A stretch of 64,000 nt of DNA from Octopus vulgaris (lineage: Eukaryota): contig OX597825.1 of assembly GCA_951406725.2 (NCBI GenBank), forward strand, positions 55,800,001-55,864,000, written 5' to 3'. How positions within the stretch are numbered: the first letter of the stretch is position 1; every line of letters begins with the position of its first letter. The position numbers and the translations under genes are program-made. The notes under the pieces are model-generated. The model made no database searches. It had not been told where the DNA came from and saw only the letters and a list, made by a program, of their open reading frames with translations. Positions 44,770 through 58,680 of the stretch are shown one piece after another.

Positions 44770-45425
44770 TTTCTCTATGCTGCCTTGATTGAATAACTTG
44801 CATCAGAACATTCTTTTTTTCCAGAGATCAACAGTAGTCAGCCAGCATGCTTGTGTTCCTCCTGCCTTGATACCATAAGATCGATGACTTGGTGGACTCT
44901 TTCTCCTTGCTCATCACTTAATACACTATGACTTTCAGATAAGTACAGATAACTGTACTGGAAATGCACTTTTACACTCATGCTGCATGCTAGTGCTCGA
45001 AAACTGGTTAACAGGGTCTGCACAAGGTTTTCATGATTTGATGGCTTCTCGTTTCACTGGAAATCAGACACAACTGTAGCAAAAGCATTCCATGCTTCTT
45101 TTAGAACGCGAGAATCTGTTCGTCCTGAAATAGCCACCAAATCTATGGTTCATCAAACACACTGACCTAAACTTTATCACAAGAAAGATGGAAACTTTCT
45201 GCTTTAGTATTTGAAAGAGCCATTGTGTCAGTGTTTCAACACAAGCTTTACACACTATATAGAATGCCCAGGCACTGCTTTCATCACCCAGTTTCACACC
45301 AAAGTAAATAAGGTAAGTTTTCTTCACGAAAATCTCTAATTTTGTTTTGCTGTTCAGTGTAACATACACAAATACAGCAGAAGAAATTGGGGCAGTTTTT
45401 TAATCTTCTTCCCTCACAACTGGCC
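44770..45425 (-). pseudogene. Internally deleted DNA transposase relic, Chapaev3/CMC-like
   Basis: N-terminal VKKTYLIYFGVKLGDESSAWAFYIVCKACVETLTQW and C-terminal LACSMSVKVHF...LSDEQGERVHQVI (cf. SDEQGERFHQDI). Family name recalled from motifs. Confidence 0.7.
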
Positions 45426-46220
45426 ATATTTCAGAAATACAAAACATGTATTCAATTAGTTGTAACCTAGAAAAAGTATTTTCAGAATTGTCAACAGTTA
45501 TAAAGTAAGAAAATGTAGATTTGTGATGGCAAAGTTCCATAAAGAGAATACATACCGTGAAGTTCTTACAACATCTCTTTGAACATCCTAGATAAAAAGT
45601 GACCTTAAACCATGTGACCTCACAATTAAAACATTAAAGGCGCATTTAAAATACTAATTTTCATAAGAAATAGTTTAAAGTTTCAACAAAATATGTCTCA
45701 CATAGTTTGCAATGATATAATCACACTAAATCAAGCGGCACTCTTTCTTCGTGATCTGTTTTCCTATTTCTTCTTACTCTCCCTTGCTTTAACACGCCCA
45801 TTCATCGAACTGCCTACGTGCTTCCTCTACTTACTTCTTCCACTAACTGTATCTTTAAATCACTCTGCATTATGATTTGAATTGTTGGATACTTATCTCT
45901 CCACCCTGAAGATGGAGGCCGGGTCTACCTAATGTTCGTATATTTTCACTAGTGGTTGTTTTGCGAATGACATCTGCCACCATTATGAAGTAATTTCGAG
46001 TCTCAGAAATGACTGTCGGACCTGTATCGCCATACCTTCTCCCCTTTAATTTTCCATGTTTTTTGTAAGTTTGCTCTGTTAATATATAAATATCTATGTA
46101 TTTATACATGGATATTTTTAGCTTAATTTTCTATTCTATTTACAAGTATATATGTATGCGTATTTTGTTTAGCTAGTGTAAGTGGTCTTTTTTGTTTATT
46201 TGTACCATTCTCTCTCTATT

Positions 46221-46258
<38 letters not shown>

Positions 46259-46338
46259 AATAGATATATAAATACATACATACATATATATATACAATAA
46301 CAATAATAATTAATAAATAAAATATATATATATATATG

Positions 46339-46757
46339 AAATCAGGGCACTAAAGAGCACCAGATTAGCTAAAAATAGGGATCATAAACACTTCGAAGCC
46401 ACAAGAATTAACACTAAATTTTTACAAGCATGGTTGAAAAAATAAACTAAGTGAATAAGGATTGTGTCTTACTCTGTAAAATTGCAAGCAAGAATGCCAG
46501 TTAACTTGGTATCGTAATTTCGAATTCAGGTAGATCTAGTAACAATACTGGTAATTCACTTCAACAAACGCTAAATACGAAATCATGATACCAGGTTAAC
46601 TGGTATTCCTTCTTGCAATTTTGAGGAGGTAAGACAATCCTTACTCGCTTAGTTTTTTTCAACCATGCTTGTAAAAATTTAGTGTTAATTCTTATGGCTT
46701 TGGAATGTTTATCACTTCTATTTTTAGCTGAGCTGGTGCTTCTTAGTGCCCTGATTT
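46339..46757. mobile_element. Fold-back/MITE-like element, arms about 190 bp, loop about 41 bp, in (TA)n
   Basis: 46339-46529 is the imperfect reverse complement of 46571-46757, with TA repeats on both sides. Confidence 0.85.
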
Positions 46758-46851
46758 TATATATATTTAAATATATATCTATTAATTTTGCCTATACGTT
46801 TTTATGCTTGCGGCCACAAATGCTATTATTCCTTATGAGTAACAACGTTCT

Positions 46852-47195
<344 letters not shown>

Positions 47196-47461
47196 CTTTC
47201 AATGTTATTTTCAATTACAGTCACCGAGACACACAAGTGTGTGTGAAAGAGAGAGAGAGGGGTGTGGAGACAACGCTGTGCTCTGAATTACCAGTAAAGT
47301 CTATCAGATGCGCTTCAGTACAGTTTCTGTCAGTACATTTTCACTTACATTTGGTGGATCGACACGAGGAAAACAGAGAACGTCATGAGAAATGACAAAT
47401 GCTATGTCCAATACAAACCTCAATACAAACAGTGATATGGTCTTTTATACGTATGCCTACA

Positions 47462-48482
47462 TCTCTTCTCCTTTTCTTCAACCACTTCTCCCTGGGAGGG
47501 TGGTAGGGGATGGGTCCTCAAGCACACCTTCCATCGAGCCCTGTCAGAAGCAACTGACTCCAGTTGATGCAGCTGGATCACTAGGCGAGACCAACCGATC
47601 TTATGGATGTTATCCAACCACTTCGTTCGTGGTCTACTCCTCGGTCTCCTACCAGTTGATTTTATCCGTAAAACTTGTCCAGCGATTCTTTCCTGGGGCA
47701 TTGGGTTATCGAGAATGGTGGGTGTAGGATCTTTCAGCTGGAATCTTTATACATAGTGCTACTCGACTCTCTGGAACGTCATCTCCGAAATGCACTTTAT
47801 AGGTCTGCTGCCGAGTGCTGCTCGACAGAAATGAAACTTGGTGTTACACGACCGAGACATTTGTGCTCTTAAGGAAGCCTGCGCAATGCACTCGCCAGGG
47901 GAGTTGAGTTCCACTGAAGCAGATGGAACTTCAAGTAGGGGCCGTCGTTTTACCGATGGCATGAGGATGAGTTAAGTGCAGAAGAATTGCAGCAGCGGCG
48001 CACTGATGCACCGGTTTCAGCATTCGATCACCAAAACAAGGGAGGTAACCAAATTCACTATCTTCAATTTAGCTTTTGTGCCTACCCTTACTTATGATAA
48101 TGAATCTTGGGTAATAACCGAAAGAATACGATCACGAAGTGATGGACGACAGGTGGCTGAATTAAGTTTAAAAATTGCTGGAGCTGAGGCAGAAATGCCC
48201 CAGTTTCAGCATTCGGTTCACAAAGAGATATATAGGTGTAAAAGCCAAACTTGCTATTATCAGTTCGGTGTTTGTGCGTACCCTTACCCATGGCTGTGAA
48301 TCTTCGGTAATGGCCAAAAGAATATGATTACGAATTTAAGCGGCAGAAATGGGGTTCCTCTGAAGGGTCTTTGGAGTGACTTTATTCAATAGAGTGTGTA
48401 GCTTGAAGATCAGAGGCGCTCCAAGTAGAGCCACCACTTCTCCTGATTGACAGAATACGGCGGTGATACAACGGAATGTGGC
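47462..48482. mobile_element. RTE (Rex3/Expander-like) LINE relic with inverted 5' part
   Basis: Minus 47462-47703: MPQERIAGQVL...GRRPRSRPRTKWLDNI...DRARWK. Plus 47704-48482: IVLL...ALYRSAAEC...VPTLTYDNESWVITERIRSR...AAEMGFL. Confidence 0.85.
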
Positions 48483-48570
48483 ATGCATACATACATACAT
48501 ACATACAAACATACATACGTACATATACATATATGGGTATATACACACAGATCTATACTATAGATACACT

Positions 48571-48633
<63 letters not shown>

Positions 48634-49077
48634 ATACATATATTTAAATATATATATATATATGTATATACATATATAGATAGATAAGATAGATATACAC
48701 GCATTTGTGTGTGTGTTTATGTGTGTAAGTGTGTGTATGTGTTATGTATATGCACTTTTGTTAATATGCAATTTCTAAAATGGCTGAAATTGTTGGTATT
48801 AGACGGTTGTGGCGAGAGGCAATGGTGAGTACATGCTGGATACTTTCTCCCTTCTGTACAAAACAATGCCAGCACAAATCCCCAGCGCAGTTATGCTTAC
48901 ATGTATGTGTGTTTCTGTGGAATAATTAGATTCTGAAAACTTCATCTAATGTTTTTGTACAGCTTGTCTTATTTTGAAACGAAAGCAGTCGTCATTTTGA
49001 TCGAAAGTAAAATTCGTTCCTGCTGTCGTTCATGTTGTTGTTGTTGCTGCTGCAGCTGTTATTGTTGTTATTGTTGC

Positions 49078-49126
<49 letters not shown>

Positions 49127-49741
49127 GCTGTTGTTGTTTGACTAAAATCTTGAAGACTAGAAAACGTTTTTATCTTAATGATACGAATGAGTGGAGTCAT
49201 CTCAATGGATGCATTTACTCTGCGTAATATGTCGATTTATTTCTATAACTCTATCACACATACACGCTCAAATAAACCTAATATGGACAGTTACTAAGGC
49301 ACTGGGGTATTTTAATGACAAGTGAGTGTTTAGCTCCTATTTCACAGTGCTAATCTATGGATTTTAAGAGTTCCGGAATATATTTTATTGGACTCACAGT
49401 TTTGTATAAACTTACTGAACACACAGACTTCTAGCGTTGTTCTTTATTCTAAGTGACCTGACTACATTATTTTGAACTTTCCACACGTGTGTATGTATAT
49501 GTGTGTATGTATGTATGTATGTATGTATGTATGTATGTATGTATGTATGTATGTATGTATGTATGTATGCATGTATGTGTGTGCATACATATGTATAAAC
49601 AAGTACATATATACATAGGTACATATTGTATGTATATATATATATATATATATATAGTTATCCATACACAAGTAGTCTCGGCATGTAAAAGCCTCATTCG
49701 AGAAAATTTAGTAATTAAGCAATAAGTTTATGTTACAAGTG

Positions 49742-49819
<78 letters not shown>

Positions 49820-49883
49820 TATATAAGACAAAGCATAAATAATGGTCATCTGATACTTCTTTATTGTAATAAATTTGACTTAC

Positions 49884-50004
49884 AGTTTTTTCCAGTAATC
49901 TTTATAGGTTCGGTATTGATTGGTTTACTCATTCGGACCATTGATCTGTTGAGAAAAATTGAACGACGACCCAGAGAATCGATGCTACGCTCGTCGTCAG
50001 TCAT
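49884..50004 (-). CDS. Candidate first coding exon (MTDDERSIDSLGRRSIFLNRSMVRMSKPINTEPIKITGKN, phase 1)
   Basis: CAAAATG start, 121 nt open, consensus donor gtaagt at 49883-49878, within CpG-retaining unique DNA. Below the ORF-track length cut-off. Confidence 0.5.
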
Positions 50005-50640
50005 TTTGTTCTGGTTATTTTGTTTACAGTTATTTCACGAGGAGTAGGAGTTCAATACTTACTTAGATATTTACTGTGATGTTTATAGTTGCAGTTACAC
50101 TTTACTGTGTTTCGTTACTCTGTGTTTAGATCTCCCTGTCCATAAGAAACCAAATCTTGGCCAGCGGAAAGCTAAACGCGTGACTTTGCCGAGTCGATTA
50201 CGTCTGGAGTTGGTTTGATCAGCGTAAATGGCCATTTTACTTTTAACTTGTGTCATCTGCTAATCGCAATTTAAAACCGAGAGGCTCAAGGAGAATCGTC
50301 AGTAAAGTGACTGAGAGTGCAAGTCAGCCATCTTAATAATTTATAATTTTCTCTCTACTATTTTCCTGAATCAGCCACTTATCCCTACGGTATTTTCTAT
50401 TAACTGAGAAGTCGATTTAACTTACTCATCGGCAATGGAGTAGCGTCATCGACGAGGATTAATTCTATCCGAAATCATCGATGATCTGACGCTCTCGCTT
50501 GCTGCATGGAGGTTGTCTCCCTTGTCAATCAAAAGATAAATGCTTTGCCCTTGGCTAAGAGTAGTTCTGACTCTTATTTCTAGCAATGTTAGTACTGACT
50601 TGCATCATTCATCACATCAGTGACTATTCAACTCGTGCCT
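50005..50640 (-). promoter_or_regulatory. Putative 5' leader/promoter island for the 50004 exon
   Basis: Repeat-free and visibly CpG-rich relative to flanks. Minus-strand TCAGT initiator-like motifs near 50312 and 50596. An upstream ORF starts near 50235. Confidence 0.3.
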
Positions 50641-50997
50641 TTCAGTTTTAAATTGTGACTAGCCACCTTAATAATATATATTCTAGACGCTATTATTTAT
50701 AGCCTTATACACTTCGAGTTCGACTGTTAAGTATATATGCTGTACATCTCTGAAAGTTTTAAAATCCTTACAAGTTCAGTATCTTTCAGTTTTCGCTGAA
50801 CAAAGTTTCTAAAACGGCTGGAGAAAATTCAGAGCATTACTATGGTATAATGGATAGAACGTCTGTCATGTTTATAGAATTTATGAGTTCGTTTCTCAAC
50901 GGCTCCTTTTGACTTCTTTTTCCATAGGCGTTTTTAAATACAGCATTGCACATGGCATTATTTATAGATTTATTCGAGTTTCACATTGAATATTAGT

Positions 50998-51035
<38 letters not shown>

Positions 51036-51222
51036 TATACACACACATGTTTAATGTTGAGTCTCGGAAGAAAAGAGTACTCCATACCAAATTAGAGATA
51101 ATAATATATTTTAGTTTGCCTCAGTCATAAACTCACCTGAAGAGTGACTCGAGTCATTAACTCACCTGAGTGACATATGTATATATGTATGTATTATTTT
51201 GGCCGAGTCATATATGTATATA

Positions 51223-51283
<61 letters not shown>

Positions 51284-51439
51284 ACACACACATACATACA
51301 TGCATACTTACACATTATATACACAAATATACACAATCACGTATATTCCCTTTGAATTTCTAATGTGTGTTCGTATATATGTTATAGTAATATAAATTAT
51401 GCGTAATATCTTTGTTCTTGCTACTGCTGCTGCTGCTGC

Positions 51440-51479
<40 letters not shown>

Positions 51480-52129
51480 ATTGATGGTTGTCGTTGCTAT
51501 TACTGCTGCAGGTGTTGCTGCAGATATACTTACCGCTGCTACTCCTCCAGTCCGTGAGAAGATAGCTCGAACTTCACTTTAATCCTTCAGTATTATGATA
51601 ATCTTGATTAATCCCCACTACAAACAGTTCAGTCGAACATGCCGGTCTTGTACCATTCACATCGCAATTGTTGATATTGTAGTTGTTATTGGTGGTGGTA
51701 GTGGTGGTGGTGGTGGTGGTGGTGGTGGTGGTGGTGGTTGGCGCATTGATAATATGAGTGTTAATAATGCTGCTTTTTATCCTGTTGGTGATCGCTAGTG
51801 GTGATGAGTATACTGATGATACTGGATTGTAGTACTGATGGTGGTAGTGATGGTGATGATGATAGACTGATTCTGATGGTGTGCTGGTGGTGGTGGTGGT
51901 GATTTCTGGTATTGGTGGTATGGGTGATGGTGTATGCGGTACTGGTGAATGTTTGCATGGTGTATGCCGTATTGGTGAATGTTTGCATTTGGGATGCTGT
52001 TAGTACCTTGGTGTTAGCGGTGATAATGTTGATGGTGTTGGTGGTTATAATGGTTGCAATAGGGATTGTGGTGTTTGTGGTGGTGTTGGGAAGTTTGTGG
52101 GTAAGATTGCAATGGTAGCGACAGCTTTA

Positions 52130-52949
52130 ATATTGGTTTCAATTTTCAGTGGAATTTGAACTCGGAACGTTAGGACGGACGAAAGGCAGCTAAGCATTTT
52201 ACCCAGCGTGTTAACAATTCTGCCAGCTCGCTGCCTTAACATTACAATTAGTATCGGTTTCAATTTTTGGCACAAGGCCAGCAAGTTCAGGGGAAATGGT
52301 AAATCGATTAGATCGACCCCAGTGATCAAGTGGGTCTTATTTCATCGACTCTGAAAGGATGAAAAGTAAAGTTGACCTCGGCAGAATTTGAACTCAGAAC
52401 GTAAATACGTACGAAATACCGCTAAGCATTTTGCCTGGCGTGCTAACGACTCTGCTAACTCACCGCCTTAAAATTACAATTAATATCAGTTCCAAATTTT
52501 GGAAAAAGGCCAGCGATTTCGGGGGAGGGGATAGTTAACTACATTGACCCCCCAACCTCCCAGTGCTCGATGAGTACTTATTTTATCGACTCTGAATGGA
52601 TGAAAGGCAAAGTCAACCTCAGCGGAATTTGAACTCAGACGCACGAAATGTCGCTAAGCATTCTGCCCCTGCGTACTAACGATTCTGCCAGCTCACCGCC
52701 AGTAGTGAAGATAATATTAATCATAATAACAATGATTTCAAATTTTGGCACCAGGCCATTAAATTCAGGGAAGTGGGTATAAATCGATTACATCGACTCC
52801 AGTGTTCAACTGTTGATTATTTTATCGACCCAGAAAGGATAAAATGCAATGTCAACCTCGACGGAATTTGAACTCAGAGGGTAAAGACGGACGAAATGCC
52901 GCTAAGCATTTTGTCCGGCGCGCTAACGGTTCTGCCAGCTCGCCGCCTT
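52130..52949 (-). mobile_element. Tandem array of four Meta-like SINE units
   Basis: ggaatttgaactc...gctaagcatttt...tctgccagctcgccgcc repeated four times at about 235-245 bp spacing; the first unit is deleted. Confidence 0.9.
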
Positions 52950-53217
52950 GGTGTTGTTTCATATTGGAGTTTCTTGTTGCAATTGGAATTGGTGGAAATG
53001 GTGTTTGTGTTGTTGATATTGGGGTATGTCGATATTTTGGGAGGTGTTGGTATTCTGATAACGGTGGTGGTAATGATAGTGATGGTATTGGATGTGTTGT
53101 TTGTGGTGATGTAGGTACTGGAGATATTATTGGTATAGGTAGTGGTGGTGATGGTAATGGTTATGGCGGTGGAGGTGGTGGTGGTGGTGGTGGTGGTGGT
53201 GGCGATGATGGGGTGGT

Positions 53218-53400
53218 GGTGACGGTGATACTGCTGTTGGTGGAAGTGGTTGGTGGTTATGACAGTGTTGGTGATAGTGGTGGTGGTGGTGGTTGTGGTG
53301 GTGGTGGTGGCGACGGTGATACTGCTGTTGGTGGAAGTGGTTGGTGGTTATGACAGTGTTGGTGATAGTGGTGGTGGTGGTGGTGGTGGTGGTGGTGGTA
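53218..53400. repeat. 91-bp direct duplication in a (GGT)n-rich tract
   Basis: GACGGTGATACTGCTGTTGGTGGAAGTGGTTGGTGGTTATGACAGTGTTGGTGATAGTGG at 53221 and 53312. Confidence 0.9.
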
Positions 53401-54377
53401 ATGGTGGTGGTGAGTTACCACTGGAGATAATGGTGTTTATATAGAGTTGATGGTGATGGTAGGGATGGTATTGGAGGAGGAGGTAATACGATTACTGATG
53501 CTGATATTGTTGGCAGTGATGCTAATATTGTCGAGGTTCTGATACCTTCGGCGGTGGTAGCGGTGGCGGCGGCGGCAGCTGATGTGATGGTGTTGCCGGT
53601 GGTGGTGGTGGTGGTGGTGGTTGTTGTCGTCATCATTGTCGTGGTTTTTGTAGAAGAAAAGGTGGTATTTGAGGTGTTGTTGATGTTGTTGCTGCTGCTG
53701 CTGTTGTGGTTGTTGTCGTTGTTTTTACCTCAAGTGAGCTCTGACCCAAAGCATTTATGATTATGATCAATACTGCTCCAGCATGATCCACTTGCATGAT
53801 GTTGTATACAGAACATTACATACAAGACATTACAGCATGCCTTCCCCATCCCCGCCTTTTTTTTTTGTTTGTTTTTCAATTTCAAAACACTAACGTTGAT
53901 TTCATAGATACTTAGCTGCTATTTCGAAAAATCCGAACGACCACATAGTGGCTCCGTTTCCTCAGAATGAAAACCTCAGTAAAAGGGACATTTTATTTAT
54001 AGTCTTTCTCTGACACACTGTGTACGAATAAGCACCACACAGAGCGATATTCGTTCTTAATAACAATCATCCATCATGTTTGTGATTATTGATAAACACA
54101 GAGTTATATTATCTAATAAAGATATCAGTAAAAGGTGACAATATTGCGCGGCTAATAAAGATATCTAACTGGTGTGATGAAATATGATGGCGTGGATGGA
54201 GATGGTTTATCATACAGCCCACAATACGTACACAACAATCAGAGTTGAAGCAGTAACCCAAGACAGATAGAACAGTGAACTTTGCTTCTTTCAGGCTAAT
54301 TTATTTCCCAATATTTTTTTTCTAGATTAGGGGAATATTTTTAGCGTAATTGAGGTACAGCAGAGAGTAGCGTCGTA

Positions 54378-54433
<56 letters not shown>

Positions 54434-54442
54434 TACAGTGAC

Positions 54443-54483
<41 letters not shown>

Positions 54484-54492
54484 TGTAGTACG

Positions 54493-54680
54493 GTGTGGAG
54501 GTGCGTGCGATTCCTTGATCGGGCGACGCGTTGTGCTCTTGAGCAAAAACGCTTCATTTTACGTTGCCTCAGTCCACTCAGCTGCAGCAATCCTGCGACG
54601 GTCCGACGTCCGGGGAATTTATACGCCATGGAAAGCGGGAAAGCGGCCCTTATAAGGCAGCATGACTCGAGAAAATAACC
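54493..54680 (+). mobile_element. Decayed tRNA-derived SINE
   Basis: gtggagg...cgattcc...gcgttgtgctcttgagcaaaaac...cagtccactcagctg. Confidence 0.6.
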
Positions 54681-54707
54681 TTTACCTTTTACTTTATATA
54701 GTACAGT

Positions 54708-54797
<90 letters not shown>

Positions 54798-54933
54798 CAG
54801 CAGCAGCAGTATTAGTAGCTGTAGCAGTAGTAGTAGTACTAGCAGCAGCAGCAGCAATAGTAGTAGTAGTAGTAGTAGTAGCAGCAACAGCAGCAGAAGT
54901 AGTAGTAGTAGTAGTAGTAGTAGCAGCAGCAGC

Positions 54934-54975
<42 letters not shown>

Positions 54976-56214
54976 TGCTGTTATTGTAGTAGTTGTATTT
55001 GTGTAGTGGTGAAGTGTGGTGTAATGCAGTATGGCATAGTGCGTATGTCAGTGCTGTGTAGTGTGGTGCTGTGTTGTGTATGACCGTGTAGTGTGGTGCT
55101 GTGTATGTCACTATAGTCCAGTGTTGTGTATTACAATGTAGTGTTAGGCATGACAGTGTATCATATTGTTTTGTATGACAATGTAATATGGTGTTGTGTA
55201 TGCCAGCATAGTGTACTCTTGTGTATGACAGTGTAGAATGATGTTGTGCACGCCAGTGTAGTTTAGTGTTTCGTTGGATATAAAGGAATGAGTGAGTTAC
55301 AATTAACCTCCAACCAACCGCATTCAACATCAGGCTGCATTTCACAAATAAACTCACACCTGAACATATGACTGAACAAGCATAAGCTGATCTCTGTGAT
55401 CTGATAATTTACATTGCAGTAACTCTCGAAGACATCATCTTGGTAGCCGTTACAGCTAATATGAGGGGGCGCCCAGTAGTTAACGTCCACAAAACTGAGG
55501 TTGTCAACTAACGGTACACTACACTGACATTTTGCAGACTCTCTTATACAACAGCAATATCTAACCAAAGTATCCTTGTTCATGTACCTGACCTAGCCAA
55601 CGACTGTGCACCAAACAAGAAAATGGCAGCAAAGCTGCGTCATAATGGTGTCAGACGTGACATGCAGGCCATCATATAACTTATTTGACATTGCATTTTT
55701 ATTTTTCTCTTCCGCTTTATTTTAGCATTTATATTACGTTTTTAATCTTCTCTTCCGTTTTACGAATTCAGTGTGGTGTGCACGCGCGCATTGCCTGTTT
55801 ATTCTTCTTTTTCCGGTTCCTACTTCAGAATTGTATATAGATTACAACCATCTTACGAACTACGTTTGTGAGGAACCCTTCGCGCTCCGATAGTTGTGAA
55901 AGAACAGATGATTGGCTCTTCTGATGAAGTGCCGCAATTTTTTACTGAACAACTTGAGCAGATCTTTTGTTTTTAGTAATCAAATATTAGTGCTCTGTAC
56001 TCTATCAAATCCCTCCATCAAATCGAGATTTCCTGCTCAGATGCACGGTCTGTCCCGTGTCACATGTCGCAGTGATTTCAGAGCAACTTGAAATGAAAGC
56101 TTTATTCAAGAACGTTGACACACCATCCGATCAGGTAATCGAAACCATGATCTTGTAATCGTGGAAGCAGTCCCATACGCACCAGGCCAAGCGCCTTCCA
56201 GACAGAATAAAGGG

Positions 56215-56558
56215 AAGCAGGTCAAAGAACCCCTTCGGTCATGAATGACCATGGGATTGCACCTAGAAAGTTCCCGTCCCAGACACAAGTCCAGGCAACG
56301 TTGTTTATAGAAGACCAGCAGTCGTCCATGCATATCAGCCTCCCCTCTCCACGCCACCGATGTTGTCCAAGAGAAAGACTAAGGCCAATACAGCTTAGCA
56401 CCAGTGACATAACAACTCTTTTCTACAGCTGAGTGAACTGGAGCAACATGAAATAAAGTGTCTTGTTCAAGAACACAACACAGCTCGATCCGGGAATCGA
56501 ACTCACTACCTCATGCTTGTGAGCCCAATGTTAGAACCACCGAGTCATGCGCCTTCAC
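56215..56558 (-). mobile_element. tRNA-derived SINE
   Basis: Minus-strand head GAAGGCGCATGACTCGGTGG...GAGTTCGATTCCCGG...ttcttgaacaagacactttatttc. Confidence 0.8.
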
Positions 56559-56589
56559 ACAGCAGACAACTAGATGCTAAATTACCTCA

Positions 56590-57150
56590 GACAGTCTTTA
56601 TGACCATCGGAAGGCTCAGAAAGAATGTCTTTCTAAACAACCGTCTCAGTCTCTATATCATGATTCACGTCTAACAGCCTAAATGTCTTTCCACTTTCAT
56701 TCATGATATTAGATATGGATCGCATACGGACCACACATTACGGTGTTGGAGGGCTTTATCAGCCAACATCTCCAGAATATCCTTTTAGTTACCTGGTGAG
56801 ATAGAGTTATGTACATAGAAATGCTTCGTTGAACCGACATCATTAGTATTGAACTGACATAGTACAGACATTAAAAAAAAAACGTTTTGGTCATGGTGTA
56901 TGAACGTCTACTCGCGTCTTCCCTGTGTGATCCTCTACAGTCAGCTACATCAGTCAACAAAGCCGGTGAAAGAACAGTTAAAGTTCAGAGAACCAACATC
57001 AATCTTTCACAAAAGAAAATAACGTCGCTGCCTGCCAGCTAGCCATTCAGTCTGCGGAACAATTGAAGATACAGAGAAGAAACACACCCACAGCTAGCAG
57101 AAGAGGTATTAAGTGACATACACGCTACTGGTTGATACTTAGCGTCTCCA
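56590..57150 (+). pseudogene. Old RTE-clade LINE ORF2 relic
   Basis: Broken frames give GRLRKNVF, WIAY.PHITVLEGF, LQNIL..TW*DRV, RFGHG and RLP..ILYSQL, collinear with the RTE post-RT region. Confidence 0.55.
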
Positions 57151-57967
57151 ATCAAACATTTGCATGTTTTGTTGCGATCGAAACTGCACATCAAACACTA
57201 GGCTATATAATCTTGAAGGGGTTCACGAAATCGGTTAGCATCGAGTTCAATGGAAAATCTTCAGAAAAAGCAGGCAAAAAGAATGCAGAGTTGTACTGAG
57301 CTGTATTGTGTGATATGGTTTGTTACAGTATGATATAGTTTGGACCAATAGAATGCAGTTTACTACAGTGAAGTTTGCTGTAATGGAAAGGAGTGTAGCA
57401 TAGAGTAAAGCAATATGCTACAGGTTAATATAACGTGGTGCATTGTAGCATAATTTTTGTATAACATATTCTAAATCAGTGGTTCTGAACCGAGAGCTAT
57501 CATTTCTCTCCGAAACTTAACAGGGACTGAAATTGAGAAGATGCTTATCAGGAGATTATACGCACTTCAATGAATTTTTATGTTATCAAAGCTTCATCTC
57601 CAGATACAATTCAACAAAACAACTCGAAACAAACTGTCACTGCGTATCGTTAAAAATATCATCATTTTGTATCTAACAAAAACTCGTTCATGTTCGAGGT
57701 CGTACACACATCAATAACGTTTACGTATGTACTTTCAACTAAACACATGTTAAAGATATGTGCATTATCTACATAATTTGTATCTAATTAGCTATATAAT
57801 TTATATATCTAATTAGCCACAAATATTTAATGTTGCTTGAAACTATGGAGAGGGCTGGAATTACTCAGAGATATGAAGGAATACAGTCTGAAGATTGCCG
57901 AAATCATAATGAGTGCCTGTCGAGAGATTACACCAGTAATGTCCCATATATTTGTTATTAGTGCATG

Positions 57968-58033
<66 letters not shown>

Positions 58034-58055
58034 GTTTATGAGTGTGTGAAAGATA

Positions 58056-58223
58056 TGAACAGTTATTATAAACAATTATTAGCCAATCACAATTATCATT
58101 AATATTTTGTATCTTTCTGTCGGACATAAAATATTCCAGTCTTTCAATTGAATATTCCTATTTCGTTTGACAATATTTACATACATATGTACATAAATAC
58201 ACACAGACGCGCGCACACACACA

Positions 58224-58266
<43 letters not shown>

Positions 58267-58336
58267 GCATACATAAATATATATATATATGTATGTTTTG
58301 GGGTGTATATATACAAATATATACACATATATAAGA

Positions 58337-58399
<63 letters not shown>

Positions 58400-58646
58400 C
58401 ATATATATATTCATGCATAGATGCTAACATTCATGTATCCATTTCCGTAGCTATATATATATTTATCAATCAATCGATCTCATCTCACTTTGTATGTGTA
58501 TGTGTATGTGAGTATACGTGTACACACACAGGTGTATACATATCTGTGTAGACGTATTTATATACAAACATAGGTGCGCGCGCACACACACACACACACA
58601 CGCACATATCTATATATAGATAGATAGATGCACACATACATCATAG

Positions 58647-58680
<34 letters not shown>

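Noticed and set aside
48780-48824. Plus-strand mini first exon MAEIVGIRRLWREAM|gtgagt
   Set aside because: Short and isolated with no promoter-like island or partner exon. It shows such signals can arise by chance, which also tempers the minus-strand calls.
52844-53353. 169-aa Gly-rich ORF
   Set aside because: Composed of antisense SINE sequence plus (GGT)n low-complexity DNA.
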